From the NCBI GenBank assembly GCA_035291665.1, contig DATDRP010000006.1, forward strand, positions 209,255 through 273,254: DNA of 64,000 nt. The letters are read 5' to 3'. The DNA comes from Patescibacteria group bacterium. GTDB taxonomy: Bacteria; Patescibacteriota; Microgenomatia; UBA8517. The notes under the pieces are model-generated. The model made no database searches, was not told the origin of the DNA, and saw only the letters and a program-made list of their open reading frames with translations. Positions within the stretch are counted from its first letter, which is position 1. Every line of letters begins with the position of its first letter. A program made the translations under genes and the position numbers. Shown here one piece after another: positions 9,307 to 19,829 of the stretch.

Positions 9307-10566
9307 ATGGACTTTCAAAAGAATGATTATGTGAGAGTAGCTTCTTACGAAGGACAACCCGGTAAAGTCAAGAAAGTTGTCTTGCTTTATTCAGGTGGTT
9401 TGGATACTTCAATAAGCCTTAAGTGGATCCAGGATACCTACAAGGCGGAAGTGGTTACGCTCACGGTTGATTTAGGGCAACCTACGGAAGACATTAGTCT
9501 TATAAAGAAAAAGGCTCTTAAGTTAGGGGCAAAAGCTGCTTATGTACTTGATTTGAAAAGAGAATTTGCAAACGGTTACATTTCAAAAGCAATTAAGGCA
9601 AATGGATTATACGAAGGTAAATACCCTTTATCAAGTGCAATATCGAGATATGTGACTGTTAAGGCAGGCGTCGATATAGCGAGAAAAATTAAAGCTGATG
9701 CAATTGCGCACGGATGTACTGGTAAAGGTAACAGTCAGGTAAGGTTCGACCTAGCAATAACAACACTAGACCCAAAGTTAAAAGTAATTGCCCCAATTCG
9801 CGAGTGGGGTATATCAAGGGATGCTGGTTACAAGTATGCAAAGGAAAACAATATACCAGTCGTAATCAACAAAAAAACCTTATACTCAGTTGACGAGAAT
9901 CTTTGGGGAAGAGGAATTGCAAGCGGTATACTTGAAGATCCATCAAAGGAACCTCCTCAGGATACATTAGGCTGGGTAACACGACCTGAAGATGCACCAA
10001 ATAAACCGGAGTATGTCACATTAACCTTCAAAAATGGTGTTCCTACAGAATTGAATGGAAAGAAAATGGAACTGTACAAGCTTATTATGAAGCTTAATAG
10101 TGTTGCTGGAAAACATGGTGTCGGGTTAATTGACCACGTTGAAGATAGAATTGTTGGACTTAAATCTAGGGATTATTATGAATGTCCAGGAGCAGTAACG
10201 ATATTAGAAGCCCACAAGGATCTAGAAAAATATGTTTGTACTATTCATGAGAATCTATTCAAAGAGATTATTGATAGTAAATGGGCACAGATGGCATATT
10301 TTGGATTGTGGTTTGATCCTCTCATGGATGCTCTGAATGCGTTTGTTGATGTGGTAAACGAAAAGGTAACTGGAATAGTTAGACTAAAACTTTATAAAGG
10401 TGTAGTTATTGTTGTAGGGAGGGAATCAAAATATGCGCTTTATGATATGAAACTAAACACTTACTTTACAGGGCAAACCTTCAATAGACAGGCTTCAACT
10501 GGATTTATAGAGCTCTTCGGTCTCGAAAGTAAAATGGCTAATTTACTAAGAAAGAGTAATCGTTAG
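9307..10566 (+). CDS. argG: Argininosuccinate synthase
   Basis: LYSGGLDTS, HGCTGKGNSQVRF, YSVDENLWGR, KSRDYYECPG. Confidence 0.95.
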   Translation: MDFQKNDYVRVASYEGQPGKVKKVVLLYSGGLDTSISLKWIQDTYKAEVVTLTVDLGQPTEDISLIKKKALKLGAKAAYVLDLKREFANGYISKAIKANGLYEGKYPLSSAISRYVTVKAGVDIARKIKADAIAHGCTGKGNSQVRFDLAITTLDPKLKVIAPIREWGISRDAGYKYAKENNIPVVINKKTLYSVDENLWGRGIASGILEDPSKEPPQDTLGWVTRPEDAPNKPEYVTLTFKNGVPTELNGKKMELYKLIMKLNSVAGKHGVGLIDHVEDRIVGLKSRDYYECPGAVTILEAHKDLEKYVCTIHENLFKEIIDSKWAQMAYFGLWFDPLMDALNAFVDVVNEKVTGIVRLKLYKGVVIVVGRESKYALYDMKLNTYFTGQTFNRQASTGFIELFGLESKMANLLRKSNR

Positions 10567-10677
10567 TAGTATTAGTTATACAGAACATCGCAAGCCCACA
10601 GTTAGTAGGAATGTGAAGTAAATGAAGGTTTTTTAGAATAAAGTCAAGAAATTAATGGACGAAGAATTGGTCCTTAC

Positions 10678-10706
10678 TTGACAATAATTCCACCCTCTTG
10701 TATATT
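10678..10706 (+). promoter_or_regulatory. Sigma70-type promoter
   Basis: TTGACA-17 nt-TATATT upstream of rocD. Confidence 0.55.
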
Positions 10707-10774
10707 CTGGTCTCAGACTATGAGACATTTATTGATTGGTTCATTTTGGAATAACTTCCCTTTTCATTACTTAA

Positions 10775-11986
10775 ATGGCTGAACTTATTAAGACATCAGA
10801 ATACTTCATAGATCTAGAAAATAGATTTGGTGCCAGAAACTATAAGCCGTTAGACGTTGTAATTGAAAAAGGTGATGGTGTTTGGGTGACCGATGTCAAC
10901 GGAAAAACCTATATTGACATGTTAAGTGCTTATAGTGCTCTTAACCAAGGACACAGGCACCCGAGAATTGTCGAAGCCGCCCAAAATCAGTTGAATAAAA
11001 TTACACTTACTTCAAGAGCTTTTAGAAATGACCAATTCGGACCATTTATTGAAAAGTTGAGTGAAATAACTAATAAAGAAATGGTACTTCCGATGAATTC
11101 AGGATCAGAAGCTGTGGAAACCGCATTAAAAACAGCAAGAAAATGGGGGTACAAGAATAAATTGAAGGAGGATGAAGAAGCTCGGATTATTGTTTGTCGG
11201 GGCAACTTTCATGGGAGAACTATTAGCGTGATTAGTTTTTCTACTGAAGAACAATATCGGGATGGCTTTGGACCATACACACCCGGTTTCGATGTGATTC
11301 CATACGGGGATACAAATGCGTTGGAAAACGCGATAAAGCCAAATACTGTAGGATTTTTGGTTGAGCCAATTCAAGGTGAAGGTGGTGTAATAGTTCCTCC
11401 AAAAGGATACTTGCGTGACGCTTTCGACATTTGCCGAAAAAATAATGTACTTTTTATGGCCGATGAGATTCAAACTGGTTTGGGAAGAACTGGTAAAATG
11501 TTTGCCTGTGATCATGAAAACGTAATACCCGATGTTTATATTTTGGGTAAAGCACTTTCTGGCGGAATACTTCCTCTTTCTGCCGTAGTAGCAAATAAAA
11601 ATATACTTGGGGTATTTGAACCTGGTGATCATGGATCAACTTTTGGAGGAAACCCCCTGGCTTCAGCGGTAGGTCTTGCATCGCTTAATGTTCTGGTTTA
11701 TGAGAATTTGGCAGAGAACTCTGCTCAAATGGGAGAATATTTTCAAGATAGATTGAAAAGGATGGAATCTCCCCATGTTAAAGACATAAGAGGAAAAGGA
11801 CTTCTTATTGGAGTTGAATTGGAACCCGCTGCCGGAAAAGCCCGAGGTTTTTGTGAGCGGTTGCAGGAGGTGGGGGTGTTGGCCAAAGAAACCCATGATG
11901 TTGTTGTTAGATTTGCTCCTCCACTAATAATTAATAAGAATCAAATAGACTGGGCAATGGAGGGAATCGAAAGTGTCTTTAAATAA
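10775..11986 (+). CDS. rocD: Ornithine--oxo-acid transaminase (class III aminotransferase)
   Basis: NYKPLDVVI, AYSALNQGHRHP, LTSRAF, EPIQGEGG, DEIQTGLGRTG, GKALSGG, HGSTFGGNP. Confidence 0.92.
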   Translation: MAELIKTSEYFIDLENRFGARNYKPLDVVIEKGDGVWVTDVNGKTYIDMLSAYSALNQGHRHPRIVEAAQNQLNKITLTSRAFRNDQFGPFIEKLSEITNKEMVLPMNSGSEAVETALKTARKWGYKNKLKEDEEARIIVCRGNFHGRTISVISFSTEEQYRDGFGPYTPGFDVIPYGDTNALENAIKPNTVGFLVEPIQGEGGVIVPPKGYLRDAFDICRKNNVLFMADEIQTGLGRTGKMFACDHENVIPDVYILGKALSGGILPLSAVVANKNILGVFEPGDHGSTFGGNPLASAVGLASLNVLVYENLAENSAQMGEYFQDRLKRMESPHVKDIRGKGLLIGVELEPAAGKARGFCERLQEVGVLAKETHDVVVRFAPPLIINKNQIDWAMEGIESVFK

Positions 11987-12030
11987 ATTTGGTATTATAT
12001 TGTTGTAAATCAGGAAGATAATAAAGTTAT

Positions 12031-13188
12031 ATGACCGAACACGAAAAACTATTATCAAGTCTTATTGAAATAAAGTCATACTCAGGTGAAGAGAAAGATA
12101 TTCGTGGTTATATAAAAAAATGGTTTAAAGAGCGGAAAATTGATTCTTTTCGGCAGGATGAAAATTTAATAGTTCATTTTGAAGGTGCAGACAGGTCCAA
12201 AGCATTTATTTTTAATTCCCATATGGATACTGTCAATAGGGGGGACGCAGCTTGGGAATATGGACCTTGGAAGCCAACTAAAGTAGGAAATACGCTTGTT
12301 GGATTAGGAGCGAGTGATATGAAGTCCGGACTTACAGCTTCAATGATTTTGGCGGAAAAATATTCGAACGAAAAGCCCCCAGTTGATCTTTGGTTCACAT
12401 ATGTGACAAGAGAGGAAGTAGATGGTTCCGGAACCGATAGTTTTGCACGGTGGTTCTCTCAAAATAAGTACAACATTCAATACAAAGACAAGGCGGGGAT
12501 ATTTACTGAGCCTACGGGATTGAAAGAAATTGAACACGGACATAGAGGCAATTTATTCTTAATCGCGCAAGCAGAGGGTGAATCCGGACATTCATCTCGA
12601 CCTGGCGATATTAAAGGAACTTTAGCAGTGAAACAAATGTTTAATTTTTCTCAATCTTTTCAAGAACAAGTAAAGTTATGGAATGAAAAATATCAAAGTA
12701 AGTATTTTAATCCGGCAATCACTTTGGGAGAACTAACCTCAATCCAGGCGGGTGTAAACGTTGTTACAAAAAACGGACTTCCCGTAATAGTTCCAGCGTC
12801 ACCAAATAAATTTCCGTCTCTTTGCGTTGCGACATTCGATTTGAGAACCACACCGGAATTTCATGCTGCAGCTTTGAAGAAAGTCGAAGATTTAGCCAAA
12901 AAAGAGGGAATTAAGGTTGATTTACTCTATCCGGAAGCACCTGCTGGATTTACTGACCCTCAAGAAAAGATTATTGAAATAACGAAAAGTAAAGTACCGG
13001 ATGCAATATTGAAAGTATCGCAAGGATCGGCTGATTTGGGCTTTTTAACAGGGTTGGGAATAAAAGCAATAATATTTGGTCCCGGTGAAAAACTTCAGGC
13101 ACATAAGACTAATGAATATTGTTATCCTGTTAAAATTCCTCAAGCAGTTGACCTATATCAAGCAATCGTCGAATCTTGGGCAAAGTGA
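12031..13188 (+). CDS. M20 metallohydrolase (ArgE/DapE-like)
   Basis: NSHMDTV, GLGASDMKSG, EEVDG, EPT, GHSS, GPG..AH..NE. Confidence 0.85.
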   Translation: MTEHEKLLSSLIEIKSYSGEEKDIRGYIKKWFKERKIDSFRQDENLIVHFEGADRSKAFIFNSHMDTVNRGDAAWEYGPWKPTKVGNTLVGLGASDMKSGLTASMILAEKYSNEKPPVDLWFTYVTREEVDGSGTDSFARWFSQNKYNIQYKDKAGIFTEPTGLKEIEHGHRGNLFLIAQAEGESGHSSRPGDIKGTLAVKQMFNFSQSFQEQVKLWNEKYQSKYFNPAITLGELTSIQAGVNVVTKNGLPVIVPASPNKFPSLCVATFDLRTTPEFHAAALKKVEDLAKKEGIKVDLLYPEAPAGFTDPQEKIIEITKSKVPDAILKVSQGSADLGFLTGLGIKAIIFGPGEKLQAHKTNEYCYPVKIPQAVDLYQAIVESWAK

Positions 13189-13189
13189 T

Positions 13190-14011
13190 ATGAATGAAAG
13201 AGAAAAATTAGTGGAATTTCCTTCTCCTCAACTTCTTCGGATTAATGGAATAGCTGGGATGCATTATCGGACAAACATTTCTCCAAGAGCATTACTGATC
13301 TATGGAATTGGCGCTCCCATTCTTCCCGATAATGGCAATTTACCTGATGCACCAAACATTTTAGAAAGAGGTGTAGATGTGTTTGTACCTGATTACATAG
13401 GTTATGGAAGAAGTGACGGAAATTTTACACCTCAGAATTGCATTAACACATTTGTTGAACTATATGAAAATTTTAAACAAGGATGTACTGGAAGAAATTA
13501 CTATGAAGGGGTATCAACAAAACTTAAATATGAAAGAATAATATTTATCGGTAGAAGTTTTGGTGGTACTTATGTACCTTTACTCCCAAGATTCAATTCA
13601 GAAATTAAAGAATTGGCTCTTTTTTACCCTGTTGTAGATAGTAAGCATTGCGGAGTAGTCGCCGGAGAGGAAACAAACGAACGATTTTTGGGAAGCATGA
13701 AGGAGGATGGTTATCACTACCTATATCGGGGAATTCTTGATCTAATGTGGAAAGCTCATTTGGAGAATGAAGACGATTTGTCACCCATGGACAATATGGA
13801 ATATTTGAAAGAAGCTAAATTATTTATTGCCCATGGAATGAAAGATGCCTGTGTAGATTATTCACATTCTGTTGAGTATTTTAACCAACTTCTGGAGAGG
13901 TATCCGGATAAAAAAGATCAAATTAAACTTAATTTATACCCAGAAGGAAAACACGATAAGTCAACATCAAATTTAGCTATAAGTGATTTCCTGGATTGGC
14001 TAGGTAAGTAA
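13190..14011 (+). CDS. Alpha/beta hydrolase
   Basis: PDYIGYGRSDG, GRSFGG nucleophile elbow, HGMKD, GKH; start moved to ATG 13190 right after the upstream stop. Confidence 0.8.
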   Translation: MNEREKLVEFPSPQLLRINGIAGMHYRTNISPRALLIYGIGAPILPDNGNLPDAPNILERGVDVFVPDYIGYGRSDGNFTPQNCINTFVELYENFKQGCTGRNYYEGVSTKLKYERIIFIGRSFGGTYVPLLPRFNSEIKELALFYPVVDSKHCGVVAGEETNERFLGSMKEDGYHYLYRGILDLMWKAHLENEDDLSPMDNMEYLKEAKLFIAHGMKDACVDYSHSVEYFNQLLERYPDKKDQIKLNLYPEGKHDKSTSNLAISDFLDWLGK

Positions 14012-14015
14012 TATT

Positions 14016-14768
14016 ATGATCGAAAAGTTGAATATAAGCGTCTTTGAAAGTTCATTCAAGTCAGAAAAAGAAGCAGAATTGAAAACAGGTTTGAATGGAT
14101 GGAGTGACTTGGTAATGAAAGGCTATGGATTTTCTGGTGACAGTGTGCAAAGGAGTCGGCAATTTGGTTATGAATATTCGGAAAATCCGGATATAAATAT
14201 AATCGCAATTCATTCTAAAGATGAGGTAATTGCGACCTTAACTCTTAGTAAAACGAATATATTTGGAGAATATAATTCGTATTGGTTAAATGGGATAGTA
14301 ATTCTTCCTGAATATAGACAGAAAGGGTTTGGTACAAAATTAATTAAAGAGGCAGCGTTTTTAACAAGCGCTGATGTTTTTGTCGGATCAACGAAAAACC
14401 CAGCGGCAGTAATGACTGTTGTAAATGGAGTACTCGATTGTAGTATGAGATCATACTACGGAATGTATGAAGTAACATCTGAAGTCAATTCAGGTAGATC
14501 TGACCTGCATACAAATTATATTTTAGAATATTTAAAAGCAAAAGGTATTGACAACCCGTCATTGCCTCTTGATGAGAATTCGGTGGTTTTATATAAAGAT
14601 ACTGATGTTTTATCACCCGACATTCCAGCAATTGAAACCTACCCTCAATATTTAAAGGAAGCTTTTGTGCCGGTTATCAGAGCCCAAATATCTGTAGGAA
14701 GGACTAAAACTGCCGTCATGCCATTGATTTCAATTGATGAAAAACTTTTATATGGAAAAACTAAATAG
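14016..14768 (+). CDS. GNAT family N-acetyltransferase
   Basis: VILPEYRQKGFGTKL motif A. Confidence 0.75.
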   Translation: MIEKLNISVFESSFKSEKEAELKTGLNGWSDLVMKGYGFSGDSVQRSRQFGYEYSENPDINIIAIHSKDEVIATLTLSKTNIFGEYNSYWLNGIVILPEYRQKGFGTKLIKEAAFLTSADVFVGSTKNPAAVMTVVNGVLDCSMRSYYGMYEVTSEVNSGRSDLHTNYILEYLKAKGIDNPSLPLDENSVVLYKDTDVLSPDIPAIETYPQYLKEAFVPVIRAQISVGRTKTAVMPLISIDEKLLYGKTK

Positions 14769-15612
14769 AGATGATGAAGACAAGAAAATTGAATTGTGGT
14801 TTGAGATCGAACAAATTGGAGGTGGTATATTCGTAATCGGTGAACCATATCACCGGGAAGAGGTTTTTTGCTACTTTATTGAAGAAAGAGATAAAGATTT
14901 GTTAATCGATACCGGCATGGGGGTTGTACCAATTACAAAGGCTTTGGAAAAAATTCGAAACTCCAATAAAGAGCTTGTTGCTGTTAATTCTCATGCTCAT
15001 TTTGACCACATTGGGGGCAATTATCAATTAGATAATATATTAGTTCCTGATAATGATTGGGAAATTAATATTATTCGTAAAGGATGGAACCACAGTTCTT
15101 TAGAAAGGTATGGATTTAGTAAAGAGTTTAAGAAGAAACCGATCGGTTTTATAGCCGACACTTTTGAAATTCCAGGTTATGAGAAAATATTACCTGTGCT
15201 TAAAGAAGGTTTTATAATTGATTTAGGTGACAGAAAAATAGAGGTTCTTGAAACCCCTGGCCATACTCCTGGTGGAGTATGTTTTTTCGATAGAAGTAAC
15301 GAGAAATTATTCACATCGGATTTGCTTTATCAGGGACCGCTTTTTTGTTTCGAAAATGAGAGTTCAATTGAAGATTATTATAGTAGTTTAGTGAAACTTA
15401 GAGAGATGAAAAACAACATTAAGCAGATTCACCCTGGCCATAATTATTATGTAGCACAACCGACCCTAATTGATTCCGCATTAGAGTGTTTTGATAGGAT
15501 AATAAGTCATCTCAAACCGGATTATGAAGAAAAATTTAATGATCAGACTTTATTTGTATATTCACATCCGTCTGTTGAAAGTTTAAGTGTATTGGTTAAT
15601 AGTAAAGGTTGA
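14752..15612 (+). CDS. MBL-fold metallo-hydrolase
   Basis: LIDTG, SHAHFDHIGG, PGHTPG, SD, PGH; likely start ATG 14752. Confidence 0.88.
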   Translation: MEKLNRDDEDKKIELWFEIEQIGGGIFVIGEPYHREEVFCYFIEERDKDLLIDTGMGVVPITKALEKIRNSNKELVAVNSHAHFDHIGGNYQLDNILVPDNDWEINIIRKGWNHSSLERYGFSKEFKKKPIGFIADTFEIPGYEKILPVLKEGFIIDLGDRKIEVLETPGHTPGGVCFFDRSNEKLFTSDLLYQGPLFCFENESSIEDYYSSLVKLREMKNNIKQIHPGHNYYVAQPTLIDSALECFDRIISHLKPDYEEKFNDQTLFVYSHPSVESLSVLVNSKG

Positions 15613-15624
15613 AATATCAAACAT

Positions 15625-16059
15625 ATGTTTATGGAAAATGAGTTGATAAAAAGGAATTTCGGCCGTTTGGAATATCACTACGAGGAGGAGCAGCACGTGT
15701 GGATAATTGACTGGATTGAATCGCATGAAAAAATGGGAGGTAGTAAACTCATCAAAGAATTTGTTGAAATAATCGGTTCCGGGGAAAATGTAGTTATTGA
15801 ATACGTCATAGAAAAAGAGACAAGAAACCAACTTATGAATTTGGGATATGTGAACCGATTATTGTCAGGTAACGATCAGGAAATTGAAATAAAAGACAAA
15901 AAACAACTGGGAAAGCTTAAGTTAGTTAATGTTCAGGAAGACGGAGGGGTTCATGTCGATAGTGTAAAAATCAGCAAGCTCGGATTGATAGGGAGAACAG
16001 AAGGTGGGTTAATGCAGCAATTCGGAAATATTCAAATTAGTATTAATGGGCATACTTAA
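15625..16059 (+). CDS. Hypothetical protein
   Basis: 144-aa ORF in the same-strand gene run. Confidence 0.65.
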   Translation: MFMENELIKRNFGRLEYHYEEEQHVWIIDWIESHEKMGGSKLIKEFVEIIGSGENVVIEYVIEKETRNQLMNLGYVNRLLSGNDQEIEIKDKKQLGKLKLVNVQEDGGVHVDSVKISKLGLIGRTEGGLMQQFGNIQISINGHT

Positions 16060-16069
16060 AAATAAAAAA

Positions 16070-16098
16070 TTGACTACTATATACCTATAGTGTATATT
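16070..16098 (+). promoter_or_regulatory. Sigma70-type promoter
   Basis: TTGACT-17 nt-TATATT. Confidence 0.5.
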
Positions 16099-16115
16099 AT
16101 CAATAATTTAAAATT

Positions 16116-17786
16116 ATGGCTGTAGAAAAAAAAATTGAGGCTGAAATTCTTACAAAAGCGTTGATTAAACAACAGAGTATAAGCAAACCTGGTGAGGCAG
16201 AATATAGGATTGAAGAGACTAAATTAGCCGAACAAATAAACAAATGGTTTGAGGAAAAAAATGTTCCCTCCTTTTTACAAGAACTCCCAGACGGTCGAAA
16301 AAACGTTTTCGCATTTGTAGCAGGGAAAAGAGATGAAACAATAGTAATTGCTGGTCATTTTGATACGGTTGATGTTAAAGATTATCTTCGAATGAAACTG
16401 CATCCTTTCGACTCTGACACCTTGGCTGAAGAGCAAGAGATTGATACTGAAAGGTATGTTGTCGGTAGGGGTGCTTTTGACATGAAATCAGGAATTGCTG
16501 TTGGGATGACCTTAATGAATAAATGGAATGAAAATAAAGATAATCTTAATGGATCAGTGCTTTTTGTTGCCACATGTGACGAAGAAAACGATTCTTTCGG
16601 GATACTCAATGCGGCCGATGTTCTACTAGCCGCAAAAGGTAGCGCAATTGATGACGGTAAATTAACCAATCAAGTCAAAAAGCTTACTGGAGGTAGAGAA
16701 CTAAATTTACAAGGAGTAATAAACATGGATTATACAACTGAAAGATTCCCTGGAGATAAAGAATACCATGTTTGGAGTGGAACAATAGGAAAACTTTTAC
16801 CAAGTATAATTGTCAGGGGAAAAGAAACGCATGTGGGTGAACACTTTGGTGGTTTTCATGCCTCATCCTTAATGTCGAGAATAGTTTCAGAATTTGAAGG
16901 AAATATGGAATTTGCAGGGAATAGCGTTCCTCCAACTGTCCTTAAATTGAGTGATGGTAGAGATTTATATAATGTTATGACTGAGAGTACTTTAAGAGCG
17001 TATGTAAATGTGTTTAGTGTAGGCCAAACACCCGCTGAAATCATAGATAAGTTGAAAGATAAAGTGACCCAGGTTGTTGGCGATTATTCAGAATCAATTA
17101 AAAACAATTATGGAATTTACAAAAATAGAATGGGTTTACCAAATGAGGTTGAAATCCCCGATTGGGGAAAGCGAACGAAGGTTATGACCTATTCCGAGCT
17201 ATTGGGGTTGGCTAATGAGAAAATCGGAAAAAGTGAAGTAGACAATCTTATAAAGAAAATAGCCTCAACTGTTCAAGGTGACGGGAGAGATGTAAGTTTC
17301 GCCATTGTTGACGCTTTGCTAACAAGTTCAGAGCTTAAAGATCCCGCTGTTATAATTTTCTACTCTCCACCTTACTATCCCTATATTAAACCTGATAATG
17401 GGAAACTCTATGAAGCGACAAAGGCAAAATCTGATGAAGTTGGAAAAGAATATGGTGTATCAATTACCATGCATCACTTTTATCCTTATATTTCGGATAT
17501 GAGTTACCTGAAACTTGAACCGGAAATCAGTTCAAGTATAAATAAATTAACCGGAGAAATGCCTGTCTGGGGTGTAGAGAACGAAAATGGAAAAAAGGTT
17601 TATCACGTCGATCTTGATAAAGTGGCTAAATTGGGGTTACCTGTAGTCAACGTTGGTCCTTATGGACATGGGGCGCATAAAACCGAAGAAAGGGTAGAGA
17701 AGAAGTATTCGTTCGAAATTCTTCCTGATCTGGTAGATCGTATTGTCAATAATATATTTAATGATGACAAAACCCCTTCATTGTGA
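16116..17786 (+). CDS. rocB: RocB-like M20/M25/M40 metallohydrolase (arginine utilisation protein)
   Basis: GHFDTV, GRGAFDMKSG, DEENDS, GTIGKLLP, GKETHVG, PPYYP, YISDMSY, GPYGHGAHKTEER; ~550-aa size fits RocB. Confidence 0.8.
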   Translation: MAVEKKIEAEILTKALIKQQSISKPGEAEYRIEETKLAEQINKWFEEKNVPSFLQELPDGRKNVFAFVAGKRDETIVIAGHFDTVDVKDYLRMKLHPFDSDTLAEEQEIDTERYVVGRGAFDMKSGIAVGMTLMNKWNENKDNLNGSVLFVATCDEENDSFGILNAADVLLAAKGSAIDDGKLTNQVKKLTGGRELNLQGVINMDYTTERFPGDKEYHVWSGTIGKLLPSIIVRGKETHVGEHFGGFHASSLMSRIVSEFEGNMEFAGNSVPPTVLKLSDGRDLYNVMTESTLRAYVNVFSVGQTPAEIIDKLKDKVTQVVGDYSESIKNNYGIYKNRMGLPNEVEIPDWGKRTKVMTYSELLGLANEKIGKSEVDNLIKKIASTVQGDGRDVSFAIVDALLTSSELKDPAVIIFYSPPYYPYIKPDNGKLYEATKAKSDEVGKEYGVSITMHHFYPYISDMSYLKLEPEISSSINKLTGEMPVWGVENENGKKVYHVDLDKVAKLGLPVVNVGPYGHGAHKTEERVEKKYSFEILPDLVDRIVNNIFNDDKTPSL

Positions 17787-18334
17787 AAGAAACAGTTGAA
17801 CGATTAGTTATAAAAGAAAATCGTTTCGATAGTTTAAAGGTTGTTGAAATTATTGTTTCAAGTCAAAAGGGCAAGTTTAGACTTAACAATTTGCTTCCCC
17901 AGGGATGGATTTTTGTTGAAGGCAATAAACCGATCCATACTGACCCTGAAAGGAAAAGGATTCAGATACCTCAAACGCAAAAAGACAAAAAAACAAATAA
18001 GGAAGTCCCTTTCTTGTCCGTTCCCGGTAATACAATTGGACTTCTACACGAAGCCGGACATGCTTTTATAGATGAAGAAATGTCAATGGATGATATTGAG
18101 TTAGATTTGTATTTAAGACAAAAGATGAATTACCAAAGTCTTTCTTCTTTTACACAGGTAGAGTTGAAAGAATATGTAAGACTAGTTTTAAAAGCGGAGA
18201 AAAAAGCTTGGGACTTTGCCTTGAGTACATATAGTAATTTATTGAAAATGGGATTTAATATAGAACCGGATTTAAATAAAAACGATCTAAAAAGTTTAGC
18301 TGCCAGGAAGATGAAATCTTATCCAATTCCTTGA
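17783..18334 (+). CDS. Hypothetical protein with HExxH metallopeptidase-like motif
   Basis: LLHEAGH ... EKKAW. Confidence 0.65.
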   Translation: MKETVERLVIKENRFDSLKVVEIIVSSQKGKFRLNNLLPQGWIFVEGNKPIHTDPERKRIQIPQTQKDKKTNKEVPFLSVPGNTIGLLHEAGHAFIDEEMSMDDIELDLYLRQKMNYQSLSSFTQVELKEYVRLVLKAEKKAWDFALSTYSNLLKMGFNIEPDLNKNDLKSLAARKMKSYPIP

Positions 18335-18421
18335 TGAATACAATTTCTAAGGCTAATATTTGAACAGTAATAGTAATAACTTGACAGTATGATATATACT
18401 ATATACACATTTATTATAAAT

Positions 18422-18466
18422 ATGAGACGTGCTCGTACACTTAGAAATACCAGGAGGATTAATTGA
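18422..18466 (+). CDS. Arg-rich leader peptide MRRARTLRNTRRIN
   Basis: 14 codons, 6 Arg (AGA CGT CGT AGA AGG AGG); TTGACA at 18381; terminator follows; precedes arginine deiminase-like gene and argS. Confidence 0.72.
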   Translation: MRRARTLRNTRRIN

Positions 18467-18482
18467 ATCCTTTTTTACTTTG

Positions 18483-18506
18483 ACCCGCGATAAGCGGGTT
18501 TTTTTT
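18483..18506 (+). terminator. Leader terminator hairpin
   Basis: ACCCGC-gataa-GCGGGT then T run, 5 nt before ATG 18512. Confidence 0.75.
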
Positions 18507-18511
18507 GACTT

Positions 18512-19828
18512 ATGGCAGAAAGAATTAGAGTAGAACAAAAAGAATTAAAAACCCCCGATATGGGTGTATTTGAAGAGACGGCAGAACTGAAAAGGGTGAT
18601 GATGTGGGGACTTCCCGGAGCAGAAACTGTTTTGGGACAACTGTTACCTAAAAAAAGGAGTTGTTTTCAAAAATCTTTTAATGTTTCAGAAGCCAGAGAT
18701 GAGATGGAAGGCGCAATGGATTTGCTCAGAAAAAAAGGAGTTGAAATTTTTGTGGTGAAGGACGAATGGGCAAAAATGATCCAAGAAAAAGGAATAAAAG
18801 CAGATTACGGAATTGATGAACTTAAATCAGAATTAAAGGATAAGGGGGAGTACTTGTACCTGAAATATAAAAAAGAACGCGATGAGGAATATCAAAAGGA
18901 AAAGAAAGAAGCATTGGAAAAAGGGGAAAGGCCTGAAGAACCTGCTGGTCTGGAAGTTTTGGAACTCTTGGACTCAATATTAGACGCAGATGTTAAAAAA
19001 TATGGAGAGAATGCGGCAGTCGTAATGAATCAGAAACTATCCATTGATGGATATTGCTGTAAAGACGGAGAAAATCTTCCTTTGTCAAATATTTTTTACG
19101 CGAGAGATCAGTCAAACCTGATGGGCTCAACATGGATTTGGTCGTCAATGAAGCATGAAATCAGAAAAGCAGAAGTTCCGATTTATAAAGAAGTTGTCAG
19201 ATATTCCGGAATTCTTAAGGATCAGGGTATTACTGAAGTGAATGTCGAGGAAACAAAAGAAGGTGTAGGATTGTTTGAGGGTGGGGATGGGATTGTAAAT
19301 AATGGTATAGCATATATAGGTCTTGGCGGACGATCCGATCTCGAAGGAATAAAACAGGCGGCAAAACCAATTCTTGAAAGCGGATTGAGACTCGTGATTT
19401 GTCGGGATAGAAATAGGGCGCGTTTGGGTGAAGACGAAATGGACGCGATGCATCTGGATACTTTTTGGATGCCTACGGATTTGAATGAAGTAGTTGGATG
19501 TCCTGATGAGATAAAAAACAGGAAAGCATTTGAAGTTTATTTGGATGAAAAATCTCAAATTAAATTTAAATCATTGGGGAGTTTTTCAGATCATTTGCAT
19601 CAGAGGGAGATTGATATGGTGCCGTTAACGATAGACGAACAAAGAAAATATGCTCCGAATTTTCTTAACCTGGGTGGAGGGATTATCATACTGTCATTAG
19701 CGAATGGTAATAACTTGACGGAAGAACTAACCAGTAGGGGAAAAGTTGTTTATAACGCTGATTTTCAGGAGGTTACCAAAGGTTTCGGGGGGCTACATTG
19801 TGCTACCGCTTCACTTTTAAGAGTTTAA
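18512..19828 (+). CDS. Arginine deiminase family protein
   Basis: ETAELKRVM, NIFYARD, FEGGD, MHLDT, GFGGLHCAT. Confidence 0.82.
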   Translation: MAERIRVEQKELKTPDMGVFEETAELKRVMMWGLPGAETVLGQLLPKKRSCFQKSFNVSEARDEMEGAMDLLRKKGVEIFVVKDEWAKMIQEKGIKADYGIDELKSELKDKGEYLYLKYKKERDEEYQKEKKEALEKGERPEEPAGLEVLELLDSILDADVKKYGENAAVVMNQKLSIDGYCCKDGENLPLSNIFYARDQSNLMGSTWIWSSMKHEIRKAEVPIYKEVVRYSGILKDQGITEVNVEETKEGVGLFEGGDGIVNNGIAYIGLGGRSDLEGIKQAAKPILESGLRLVICRDRNRARLGEDEMDAMHLDTFWMPTDLNEVVGCPDEIKNRKAFEVYLDEKSQIKFKSLGSFSDHLHQREIDMVPLTIDEQRKYAPNFLNLGGGIIILSLANGNNLTEELTSRGKVVYNADFQEVTKGFGGLHCATASLLRV

Positions 19829-19829
19829 T

